Shown here: piece by piece, positions 24,717 to 37,600 of the stretch
How positions within the stretch are numbered: the stretch's first letter is position 1
How the letters are laid out: each line of letters begins with the position of its first letter
Position numbers and translations under genes: made by a program
Assembly: GCA_002633005.1 (NCBI GenBank)
Contig: NMRA01000227.1
Location: 76,748 to 140,747, forward strand
Source: Phoronis australis
Lineage: Eukaryota > Animalia > Phoronida
Direction: 5' to 3'
Length of the DNA stretch: 64,000 nucleotides
Notes under the pieces: model-generated
Database searches by the model: none
Told to the model about the DNA's origin: nothing
What the model saw: the letters and a program-made list of their open reading frames with translations, nothing else

Positions 24717-25866
24717 GACAAGAGCAACACGGGGCATTGAAATGCGTCCACGAATGCACCACAAATGGTGTACTTATATAGATGTTTATCCTAAAAGTGG
24801 CTACTACATGGCACAAAAACATCAAATCCAGTCGAAAACAGCAATATGTTTTCGTTTCTTTGATACAAAGCTATTTGACAAATAAAAATCCGTCACGGAA
24901 CTCGACAGAAACAGAGGAAAACGGAACAAAATGAAATTGCCAATAAGGAGCACAGCGATAGTCGGATATGTCTTGAAAGTCGTTGTTGTCCATTGTCAAC
25001 TTCATTATATATAATAAAGATTCTGCAATGGGTTTAGGAGATACAGCTAAGAATGCAAAAAAACTGGCAATAGGAGGTGCTGCAATATTCAAAGATGTTG
25101 GAAAACCACCGTCAGCCATCCTCTTCACTGTAGGAATGTATGCCAATTTTTAAAATCATCCTTAGACTGGTTTGGTTGACAGAGGGGCAGACAACAAAAA
25201 CAGATTCAAACAGTAAAAATGGCCACTAGGTGGCTAAAATATCTTGAATCCATCCGAAAACAAAAGGAAAGTGTCATCTCACTAATACATGCCTATCAGC
25301 CAAATTTTATGAAAATCTGTTGAGGATCTTTTGAGATACAATTAAAGTAAACATAAAAACTAAAAATTGCCAATAGGGGGTACACCAGAAGTCTGATTTG
25401 TCTGAAAGTTGTCGTCAAGCATTGTCAACTTCATATAAAAATATATGCTTAATTTAATAAGATCCTGCAGAGCGTTTACCAGATACAGCCACGGGCACAA
25501 AATTGCCCCTAGGAGGCACCACTAGTCGAAATCTTCCGAAAAACACCATCAACCCTCCTCTTCACAGTAGGAACATATTATAGGCCAATTTTTAAAATCA
25601 TCCTTAGAGTGCTTGGTTGACAGAGAGGCGGACTTGAAAACAGTAAAAATATCCACAAGGTGGCACAAAATGGGTTGAATCCATTCGAGAACAAGAGGAT
25701 AGCGTCATCTCATTAATAAATGCCTATGTGCCAAGTTTCATGAAAATCTGTTGAGAAATTTCAAGATACAGAGGAAAATGGAAAAAACTAAAATTGGGAC
25801 ACTGGATGCCTGGACAGACAGATGATGGCAATATGCACCCACACATAAATATGTGAGCGCATAAAA
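24717..25866 (+). mobile_element. Non-autonomous Helentron-type (HINE-like) repeat
   Basis: 5' ACAAGAG...ATGCGTCCAC sub-terminal repeat, internal tandem cores (GCCACTAGGTGGC), GACA microsatellite, 3' hairpin ATGCACCCACA...TGTGAGCGCAT followed by an A-run. Confidence 0.7.
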
Positions 25867-25971
25867 AGTGATATTCTATGGCTGGGTGGTCAACATCACC
25901 TCATACAGAGTTTATTTTACTGCATTTTAGCAAATCAGAGGACAGAAGTACCAGTGGTCATGTGATAACAG

Positions 25972-28628
25972 TTAATCACCAATACACAGATCTGCAGTGA
26001 ACACAGGTTCAGTGCTGGAGTCTTCATGTGACAGCCCACTATAGCCCCGTTCAGCCACTTCAGGTTTATAACAAGCACTTGTTTCTGTGTCACTGTCCAC
26101 ACTGATACACTTTATGCCTGGTTCCAGCGTGCCATCACAAGACCAGAGTTGAAGGTCCTCCCTCAAGTAAGAATGGAATGAAGGCTGTGAGGGAAGTTGA
26201 ATGGCATCTGAATCCTCAAGCTCACCAGATACTTCATCTGTGAGTCCAATCTTAGCTTCACTATTGAAAGACGCTTGGAACTTTTGGCCAACACTTAGTT
26301 CACCTCCAGGCTCTTCCAAGTCTGTCACCATCTCTTTGGAAAGATTTGGAATGCACTCAAATGGCACGTATAAATTGTCATGTGAAACATCAAGTAACTC
26401 CTTCTCTTTCCTGTTTCCTGAGCACAATAAAGCGTGTCCATCAATTTCTGTTAATCCACCAGCACGCTGCTCTTCTTTTTCATCAGAGTATTTTGAAGAT
26501 GACAAGCTTTGCTTAAGCATTCCAACTTGAGAACATGACAAGACTTGCTCAGGCATTTCTACTTCAGGTGGTAAGTTTACATTTTTACTCAGTCCATGCT
26601 CTGAAGATGAGCAAGGCTGGTCAGACACTTCTGGTATTGTTTCTGAACATGACAAGACTTGCTCAGGCATTTCTACTTCAGGTGGTAAGTTTACATTTTT
26701 ACTCTGTCCATGCTCTGAAGATGACCAAGGCTGATCAGACACTTCTGGTATTGTTTCTGAACATGACAAGACTTGCTCAGGCATTTCTACTTCAGGTGGT
26801 AAGTTTACATTTTTACTCTGTCCATGCTCTGAAGATGAGCAAGGCTGGTCAGACACTTCTGGTATTGTTTCTGAATGAACTGTTAATTTGTGATATTGCA
26901 CATCTTCTGATGCAGATGACAACTGTTGCGGTTGTGCTGGAATGCTGCTCAGTGTACTCTGTTGTTCAGGTTGTACTGGCATACTGCTTACTGTACTCTG
27001 TACGTGGCGAAGTTTCTTCAGATCAAAGTGCTGTATGAGAAGTTGATGAAGTAACTGTGTGTCAAACTGAGGAGCACTTCTATCTCTGGTCACTGAGATG
27101 TGCCGCAGACTCTGGCGTCTGTCAAATGTCTGGATGGCGTGCGCAATGTTCTGGAGTCTGTGCAGGTTATCCTGCTGCATTGAGCCAAAAATCTCTTGGA
27201 TGCTATGCTTCTTAACTAGTTTACCTAACAAATGATATTGTAAACAACATCTCAACTGGCAAGTTTCAAAATCAAAGGATCATTCTATGAAAATTAATAT
27301 ACAATTGCAGTAGCTTGTTTAATAAGTATTATTACTACACTGGCTATTGCTTCACCATCATTGTCATCATTTTCATTACAATCATTAGTACATCACAGAC
27401 ATCAGCATTGAATAATGCAACTACCTCTCACTATTAATGTCAATATTTACCAATATTGTCATCACTTTTACATTTCAAAACCAAAAATACTTACACTTAA
27501 ACCATCTTATAAAACTACTTTTCATCAGAAAAAACAACTTTTGATTTAGATCTCATAATGATATGAAAAAGGTCTCAAATTGTTCTTTAGTTAAATTGAA
27601 GGCGATTTCATGTTTTCAGAATAACTGAACTGACAGTTGGCTATTGGTTGAGACCAGGCTCTGCAATATGGCATGTCACGGCTTGTCATTTAAAACACCA
27701 AAAACATGGCCTCAACATATAACAAACTTTCAGCTCTTTCGAAAAACAAAAATCACTTCTCAGTTGAGTAAAGAACAAGTAGAGGCCAATTTGATAGTGG
27801 TTAGTGAACTATATCCAAAGTTGACTTCTTGCTTGAACTGCATGTTTACAGTCGATTCAAGTCAAATGAATAGTTCAGCACAAACATATCTGCAAATTTA
27901 TGCTGTGGAATTTCTTAGGAAATTCTAATAGTATGCAATCATAAAAGTTAATGGCCCAAATCTCTCTTACAATATAACTGACTCTCACCTATTACTTTCC
28001 GGTTATTCGGACTCTCTACAGGCAGAGGGTGTTGGTTTGATCTGCTGAATCTTTCTTCCACTTTGTCAAACATTTCTTTTATTCTGCCATTCTGAAATAG
28101 CACCAGCTTGAATTCATCAGCCTTGGTAAGAACAAGCTTCTCTATCAAAGTTCATTCCAATACACTTAACTTTCAAAAGAGGAAAAGAAATTGGTACAGA
28201 ATTTGGAAAGTGACTACAGTTTAGCACACATATGTCAGAAAGAGAATTGTCAGAATATTTGAAAATATGTTGTATATCATCAAAAATATTAACAATAAAA
28301 TGAAAAAGTGAATGGATTTTAAAAAATCCTCAGAAATCAATTGATTAGTATTATAAAATGCTCCTGACCATAAAAACTTTCTCTAAAATCAGTTAATTAA
28401 GTGTACTTACACTAATGACGGTAAAATTCCTCCTACCTATCAATTCGTGATTTTTTACTACTTAAATACTAATTAATATTAAGACTAGTTAATGTTAGTA
28501 TTAATTAATACTTGATGAGTTTACAGATATTAATGCCATGGAGAACAAGAAACGAAGATGTACTGTTCAGCATTCAATGTTCAATTGGATTTTGTTCTCA
28601 TCTCTGCATTTCTTTAAACCAAGGTGTG

Positions 28629-28660
<32 letters not shown>

Positions 28661-31600
28661 TGTGTGTGTGCGTGTTTATTTCCTTAATAAGTGACTGCTG
28701 ACCTAATTACACAGATTACTTCTACTTAATCCAATTCAGTCGTCATTTATTTAACACACCGTGGTGAGCTGGCGTGGAGTCCGATTCTGTTTATTTCTGA
28801 GCTCCTTATCTGCTCCATTGTCTAGCAGTAGATCCACCAAGCTGATGAAGTTTAACTTGGCTGCTTCATGTAGAGGAGTGCTGCCTTTGGTTGATGTAGC
28901 ATTCACACTGGCTCCAGCCTGAATTATGATAACACCAGAATTACAACTAAACATGAGAAAGTGAACAAGCCATGGCTGCTTAAAGGCCTAGACGTTGTAC
29001 ACTAGAAACACACCTGAGGCTCAATACCATTTGAACAACATTATTACAGTTTCTTCTCAGTTCTGCATTAGAACAGTAATTCCCCAATGTTAATAGTCCT
29101 GAACTTTGACCAGCACAAGTCTGTAAGCCAGGGGCCCACTCCAAGAAAACTGACTTAGCTATTAAAACACATCTTAAACTTCAATCAATAATAAGATAAA
29201 ACTTAAATTTGTCTCAAGTCCATTTCAAAAAGTGATCTCAAGTTTGACGTGAGTTTTTGACTTAAGTTTTGTATTTAGTGTGACTAACTTACCAGATGTG
29301 GAAGTTTCTAAGTTTGGAAGTTCAGACAAATGATAGACTTAAGTAAAATGAGCTTGTCAGTTTCTTGGAATGGGCCCCAGGGCTAGATCTACCACTGACA
29401 GTTGCATTGAGTAGCATTCACTGTTACTTCACTGTTACTTAACATCGTTAAACAATTTTAAAGTAATATGCATGATGAAGAAATGGTTTCAAGCAGCATC
29501 TTTTAAATACTACATGATTATAGTGCAGGTTCTTAGCATATCAGATGATTCTCCTGGACCAACTTTAATTCATAATTTTAAGTTGTGAGAAAGGCAGCAG
29601 CTCTCACTTCAAACTGGCCTCTCACAAAGCGGAGGTTGTCAAAAAGTGAAACATAGATGACTGCATAAATATGTCAATCCAAGTGAACTTGAATGAGAAC
29701 AAGAATAAGGAGTGTGAAAAGTACGAGAGAATCCTGCAACCATTTTTTACTGCTAACCTTAATCAACAGATGAGCTGCTCTGTCTGCCCCCTTCATAGCA
29801 CAGTAGTGTAACGGTGTCCTGCCCAGGTAATCCTTTAAGTTTACTTTTGCACCATGTCTGACCAGACACTCTGCCATTTCTATCCTAACGTACTGACAGG
29901 CGAGGTGCAGTGGGGTCTGCTGAGCATTGTTCTTGGCGTCAATGGCCCCGCCCCTCTTGCAGAATAAGTCGACAAGGTTGAGATAACCCAGCACAATAGA
30001 CAGGTGTAGGAGGCTATTGCCATCATTGTTGGTACAATTCACATGGATGCCACCAGGTGTCGTTGATGTTAGCTGTAATAAATAGGGAGCATTTTGTTTA
30101 ACTTAGGACCAAGGCTTTAATTATCCAACTTAGAACAAGAGCAAGTGACATGGTGCTAGTGGTGGTAATTAGTATCATAAGATGGCCACTAGATGGTGCA
30201 GAATATGTTGAAAATGTCTGAAAATGGGAAGGAGTCCACGTCTCTTTTAAAGAGTTACAAATCATTGAAGAACTCAAAGCATAAGAATCCACAAGAGGCA
30301 CAGCAGCAGTAGGATTCGTAAATCTGTTATCAAGTAAATGAGAGTACACTTCCAAATTTTCAAAAAGATCTTGTAAGGAGTTTGGGAAATAAAACTGCAG
30401 ATGAATAAACATGTGTCACCACAGAAGCATCTTAGCAGGCGCAGAGGCAGACGACAAAAATAATAACAAGAGCAAAGATGGGGTGTTGACATGTGCCCAG
30501 GGTGCATCACAAACGATGTTTCTAGGCACCAATAGGAGGTGCTGCTGTAGTCTTTATAATAGAAACCTTTTTGGCAAATTTCACGAAAAACTTAGGTACT
30601 AAAGGTATACAAGCAAAGTACCTAAAAACTAAAATTGCCACTAGGGAGCGCAGCAGCAGAGCCATCCAAAATTTGTGGACAGACATGCTCGCATACGTGC
30701 AAAATTATGCGAACATCCCACAAAGGATTCATGAGAACAGTCATGGATGCAAAAAAGACAAAATCACTACTAGGAAAGTGGCACAGCAGTCACACCGGTC
30801 TGAGATCAATCTCAGCCTTGACCTTCTCATCAGGACCACATTTGCTAAGTTTCATATGTGACCCTTTGATTGGTATGGCACATAAAGAGGTGGACCTCTA
30901 GGTGGCACAAAATATGTGTAATCTGTCCAAAACTGGAAAGGCATCGTCACCCTTTTAATAGAAACCTATTCGCGAAATTACAGGACAAAAATAGAATTGT
31001 CATTAGGGGGCACAGCTGTAGTCGGATTGGTCTGTAACTCGTCGCCATTTGTTGTCAGTTCCATAGGAATGCATCTGCCAAATTTCAAAAAGATCCTGCA
31101 AAGGCTTAAGAAGATATAGCCAGACTAGTTTAACCCATCCCAAAATAAACATCAGTCGCAGTCTCCTCTTCAGGACCATGTCTGCCAATTTTCATAACTT
31201 TGAGCAGTTTGGCAGAAAAGAAGGTAGATGGCAAAATGAGACTTGTAAATAATAAAAATGGCCACTACGTGGCACAAAATTGTCAATCTATTTGCTAAAT
31301 TTCATGAAAATCTGTCAAGAGATGTCGAAGATACAAAGGTCACTTGAGGGCACAGAGCTAGTCAGATCCATCTGACGCCATGTGTCATTACCTCCAAGTT
31401 TCATGAAAATCCTACAGGGTTTTGGAGATATAGCACTGAATGTCCGACAGAGATGACAACAATATGCAACCATATCTAACTATGTGGTGCACAAAAGTGA
31501 CAAGGTGACAATAAGGTAACTGTCAACCTTCGTGAAGTCCTTTTATGTCTTAACCAATTAAAATAATTTTTTACTTCCATTGAAAAGCCATAAGAATATT

Positions 31601-34600
31601 CTTTAATCATCTAAGGCCAAAAATTCAAATCCATGCCTCAAGATATCGTATTTTGCTTTTTTTGATTTTGTGACAATCGTTTTGGGATAAAATTGATATT
31701 TTTTACCAAACATGAATTTCGAAAAAAAAAACAGACTTCCAGGCAACTTAAATTTGAATTTTACAATCCATACACAGTTAACTAAGTCTCAAAATATTTT
31801 TAACCTTCAAATAAGGGAGATATTAGGCATTAAGCAATATTTGAGTTGCCAGAATGAAAATAAAAAGTCTGGCCATACACCTTAAAATCCGAGAGCAAAA
31901 AAGTGCAAATCAACAGTAAATTCTCACTAATGTAGCACAAAATGGGGGGGGGGGGAGTTGGGTCAAATTATATCTGCCCATTTTTTCATAGAACACAGGC
32001 TGCCCCAAATCAATACTTCAGACTAGGGTTTGAGCAGTCACAGACATTCATAACAAAGTTAGAGATCATGAAAAACTAAAAACACTCAATATTGGCAATT
32101 ATTTTTGTCTAAAATAAATGAGATTGAAAGGCAGTGCTGAAGGCGTCAAAATCAAAAGACCTGAAAATGTTGTACAGTTGAAGTCTATAGAACTGTACAA
32201 ATTAACTCATATTTGACAAGTAAATAATGCTTTGAAAGTTACAATAAAAATATAGACTTAATTTCATATATTTGAACATTAGCTTAACTGAATGTCACAT
32301 GCAGGCTAAAGTGACGTTATCAAAGAAATATTAGAACCTTTTGCAAGGGAGCACATTTATCACATTGGCAAAGAGGGTGACAGAGTGGCTGGGGTCCTAC
32401 AGCTATGTCCAGCTCTTCATCTAACTCATCTTCTGTCCAGCCAAGGTGGAACTTGACCATCTCTATGTCACCATCAGCTGAAATAAGGAGAGTAACTGTG
32501 AGAGGAGAAACTCTTCCAAGAGTTTTATGAGGAAGCAAAGGCTTGTTAAGATGATCTAGTGAACCCACCACTCAACTAATGACCAGCTAGTGAACCCACC
32601 ACTCAACTAATGACCAGCTAGTGAACCCACTAGTCAACTAATAACCAGCTAGTGAACCCACCACTCAACTAATGACCAGCTAGTGAACCCACCACTCAAC
32701 TAATGACCAGCTAGTGAACCCACCACTCAACTAACGACCATCCCTTGGTAACCAAAATTTAGAAATAGGAAACTCAATTCTTTCACTAGTATAACAAAAC
32801 CATCCACTTACAACAGACAACACTAACCTACACTAACAGAGTGTTATGAGGATGTGTCCAAAGTGCTGTTAGCCACTAACTTGTTCATGATAACCATTAA
32901 GTACCCTCATCTCTAAGTGACCCACTACATACTACTCCAGTCACTAACCCACAGCTTTAAATAGTTTCTGCAGCACCCTCTGTTGAGTCTCTGGCTCATC
33001 ACTGTGTACAGTTGAGTAGAGTGGTGTCGCTGCTGTACGTGATTGACTAGTTGGAACAAGTTCATCTGAAGCTACAGGTGGAGATGATGCCAAGTTTGAA
33101 TCCACTTGTAAAAAGCCTCTGCAATGAATAAGTAAACATTCACATTCATCTATAAAAAATTATTACTTTATCACTGTCAACTGATCAAGTTTAATCATAA
33201 TTTCATGATGCACAAAGAAAATAACTCATCTGCCATTGGCTACACACTCACTGGACATTAAGAACTGCTTTGAAACAATGGCAAAGTTTTAAATCAAAAA
33301 CAAATTTTGTAAATTTTGTTCACCACTGTTTCTGCATGTTGCATTTCTTTAAAATTGATAATGTTTACCTGACGTATTCTTCCTGAGTAGTGGCACTGAC
33401 GAGCAGTTCTGACACTTGAATATTGTGCGAGCAGTTGAGTGGAGTCATCTTACGCCGATTCTGCGCCTGTGGTGACGCACCGTGTTCTAAAAGTGCCTCC
33501 ACAATGTCCACATAACCCCACTTAGCCGCCAGGTGGAGTGGCGTATCATCCCAGTCATTGACAGCATTTACATCGATCTTGACACCCTTCTGATTCAACA
33601 ATAAAGCTTGGACAGACTACAAGATATTACAAGACTTTTAATTAGTAGAGTTCATATGATTTCATAATATAAACACTAGAATGGACTCGGAGAGTGGAGA
33701 ACTGCCAAGTCACAATAGTTCCCTCACAATGTAATGGCAACACACATTAGTCATCCAGTCAACAGCTCCATCTCACACACAGACTGACTGGGCTTCATTT
33801 TCAGACAAGTGATTGCACAACAAATTGTTACATTAAGGTCCATTATGTTTAAATGATAGCATTACAGGCACTCTCTTATAACTATCGCCACAAAACAATT
33901 TGGTTGATTATTTCTACATTTGCTGCCCAAAAACTTCACTGACATTGGTCCAGACGTTTTTTTAGTTAAATTGTTGATGAGGCTCAAAAACTAGTGCACT
34001 TTTGAACATTCCAATAACAAGTGCCACTCACCTCCCCATGACTGTGGTTAGAGGCCAGCTGTAATGATATGCTCACTAACTAGTGTACTTTATCAACATT
34101 CCAATAACAAGTGCTACTCACCTCCTATGACCATGGTTGGATGCCAGATCTAATGGTCTGATCACAAACTAGTGTATTTTATGAACATTCCAATAACTAG
34201 TGCTACTAACCTCCTCATGGCCATGGCTAGAGGCCAGATGTAATGGTGAGTTTCCATCATTCTCAGCCAAGTTGGGATCAGCACCAAAATGCAGCAACAA
34301 CAACTGGAAGCAATTAAAAATAAAATCCTTCGACCATTTACTTTATTTTAATACTTAAAATCCTTTGCTTTGGGATGCAATCCTATTTATTAATTATTAC
34401 GACACACATCATGGCTCCAGTACACTAACTGTGTGTCTTTACTCGACTCAATTCAGTATGAGATCTGTGTATTCAACACGCAGAACCAATAATATCCAGC
34501 CAGCTAGCTGTATGAAGAGTTACAGCAAAATACTACTAGGAACCACTGTGTGTTGACTTCACATAAACCTCAAAATTTCACACTGCATGGGTAGTTCTGC

Positions 34601-37600
34601 TTGTCACATTGTCATGACTCTCACCTTTCCTATCATAAATATTCACAAGTGGAAAGCACCATTCTATAACTTTTGTAGCAATGAAAAGTTTGCCGTCAAC
34701 TAGTAAACAATACCCTTGTGACACCCGCAAGTGCCACTTACAATTTTTTGTGATATCATTCAAAAGATGATGGCAACTGTGTCAAAGCAGTTTGCTCAGA
34801 AATTTGGTTTGGAGATACTAACATACTAATAACTAACATACTAATAACTAACATACTAATAACTAACATACTAATAACTAACATACTAATAACAACAGTC
34901 TGAAGTCCAGTAATTTATTGTGAACTGTAGACAACCTTATTCAAGAAGAGCAGTTGATTGAAGAATTGTCAAACGACCAACGCGGAGCGTTGAAATGCGC
35001 CCACGAATGCATCGTAAATAGTGCTTTTAGGGTTATTTATTTGTATCATAAAAATGGCCACTACATGGCGCAAAAATGTACAATCCATCCAAGTACAGCT
35101 ATGGATGCAAAACAAAACAGAGCGACCACTAGGAGGCGCCACAGTAGTCAGTCGCCATCATCAAATGTCCTCTTCACACTGAGAACATTTCAATTTTCAA
35201 AACCATCCCTAGAAGGATTTGGTTGACCAGGGTTTGAAAACAGCAAAAATGGCCACTAGGTGGTGCAAAATACCTAGATTCCATCCAAAAACAGGAGCAA
35301 AGCGTCATCTCTATGCCTATATTCAAAATTTTATGAAAATCTGTTTTGGACCTTTGAAGATACAGAGATAAACGTAAAAACAAAATTGCCACTGGGGGGC
35401 ACACGAGTGGTCAGATCCATCCGAAAGTCATCGTTGTTTGTTGTCAACATCACATAGATACACTTGCTAAATCAAGTAAAGATCCAGCAAACAGTTTAGG
35501 AAATACAGCCATGAGCGCAAAAAAAACTGCCAACAGGAGGCGCCACAGTAATTGCAGTTGGAAAATCATTGTCAGCCGTCCACTTCATAGTTAAAACATA
35601 CATGCCAATTTTCACAATTATCCTGAAAACGGTTAGGTTGATAGACGAGTGGACGCCAAAAAACAGACTCAAAAACAGTAAAAATGGCCATTAGGTGGCG
35701 CAAACTAGGTCGAATCCATCTGAAAATAGAGAGATGGCGTCACCTCATTAACAGATGCCCGTATGCCAAATTTTATGAAAATACATTGAGGACCTTTGAA
35801 GATAGAGAGGTAAACGTAAAAAAAAAAAAAATTGCCACTAGATGGCACACCAGTAGTCAGATCTGTCTGATAGTCATCATCCTGCGTTATTAACATCATA
35901 TAAATGCACTTACTAAATTTAGTAAAGATCCTGCAACAGTTTAGGAGATACAGCCATTGGCGCAAAAAAAAACAAAATTGCCACTAGTAGGCGCCACCGT
36001 AGTTGAAGTCGTCGGAAAACCATCGTCAGCCGTCCACTTCATAGTAAGAACATACATGACAATTTTCGCAATCATCCTTTGAGCGGTTTGGTTGATGGAG
36101 GGATGGATGACAAAAAACAGACTCGAAAACAGTAAAAATGGCCATTAGGTGGCACAAAATACCTCAAATCCATCCAAAAACGAAAGGATAGCATCACCTA
36201 ATTTATAGATGCCTATGTGCCAAATTTCATGAAAATCGGTTGAGAACCTTTCAAGATACAGAGGCAAACGTAAAAATCTAAAATTGCCACCAGGGGGCAC
36301 AGTGGTATTCGGGTCAGTCCGAAACTTGTCGCCCTCTGTCGTCAACCCCATAGGAGCACATCTGCCAAATTTCAATAAGTTCCTGCAAGGGGTTTAGGAG
36401 ATACAGCCGCGGACGCCCGAACGCCCAGACAGAGATGACGGTAATATGCACCCACATATAAATATGTGGGCGCATAAAAGTAAATTGGCCAAGAGGTGAC
36501 ACTCCATTTTATGGTGCTGAAAGCTGGCACATCTTACCTCTCCACAATACTATAATGGTAATTTTTTTAACACCTGTAACTTATTTGCCTACTTAACCCT
36601 TATCCTGCGCTAGGCGAGGTCAGCCGAGGTCAGCCGACATGCCAATTATCCTATTAAAATGCGTTGGGTGTACTCAATCGACTATAATAAGTTACAGCTG
36701 GGCTGCGCTAGGAGAGTGCACTCACCCCAGGACACTTGTGATTTTCATTCAGAAATTGTAAGAGCCCTGGAATGTTGTTTAGATATGTGACCATGAGCAT
36801 TCCATACTTCACAATTTCCTCTACTGTTCTCCAATTTAAACCATATGGCTGTGATTACTAGTTTGGGAGATATTGGCAGATTTATGTAAGTGTAGACATA
36901 TAGTTTCATTATATGGCTGGAGCCAGACGTGAGAGGATGACAGTGGATCAGTTTACTTTCACCAAGGCTATGATAAAGACTTACATATGGTGAAATTCTC
37001 CATTAAATTCTGCACAAGTTTTGTATTGACTTCTTTTCTGTTAATTTAATATTTCCCCTTCAAATTTCCAATTTAAAATTATTAGGTCATTTGTCTAGGT
37101 GACCTCCACAACAGCTTAGTGTAAAGCAGTAGTGGTGACCTTCTTAGCTCAGCACACAGGGAAAGTAGTCTGAATAGAGGCTCAGCAGGATAAGGGTTAA
37201 GGAAGAGTGAAATTTTTAATTATTAACATTTAAGTTTTAAGTCAGATTTTATCGTGCCAGTATTTTACCCAAATACAGCTTTGCACCAAGACTAACCAAC
37301 AAAGTATTTATGGGGCTTCAAGATTCATCTGCTCTCAAACTGAAATACTACATAACTGGCACTGATTAAAACAGTCATGAGCAAATGACTACACATTTTA
37401 ACAAGAACATTGCAGGGGCGTTGGCATGTGCCCAAAGGGCACAGCATGATATGTTTCTATGGGCCTCTAGGAGGTGCTGAAGTATGCGAATCGGCCTGAA
37501 AATCTAATAATGTCGGCGCAATGTCATCATATACCATTGAGTCAAGTTTCATTGAAATCTGTCAATCAGTTCTATTGACAGAATCCAGGAATGTTCTTCC

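Noticed and set aside
26201-27038. Plus-strand ORFs of 109 and 167 aa
   Set aside because: Antisense shadows of the ANKRD27 last exon and its 114-bp repeat.
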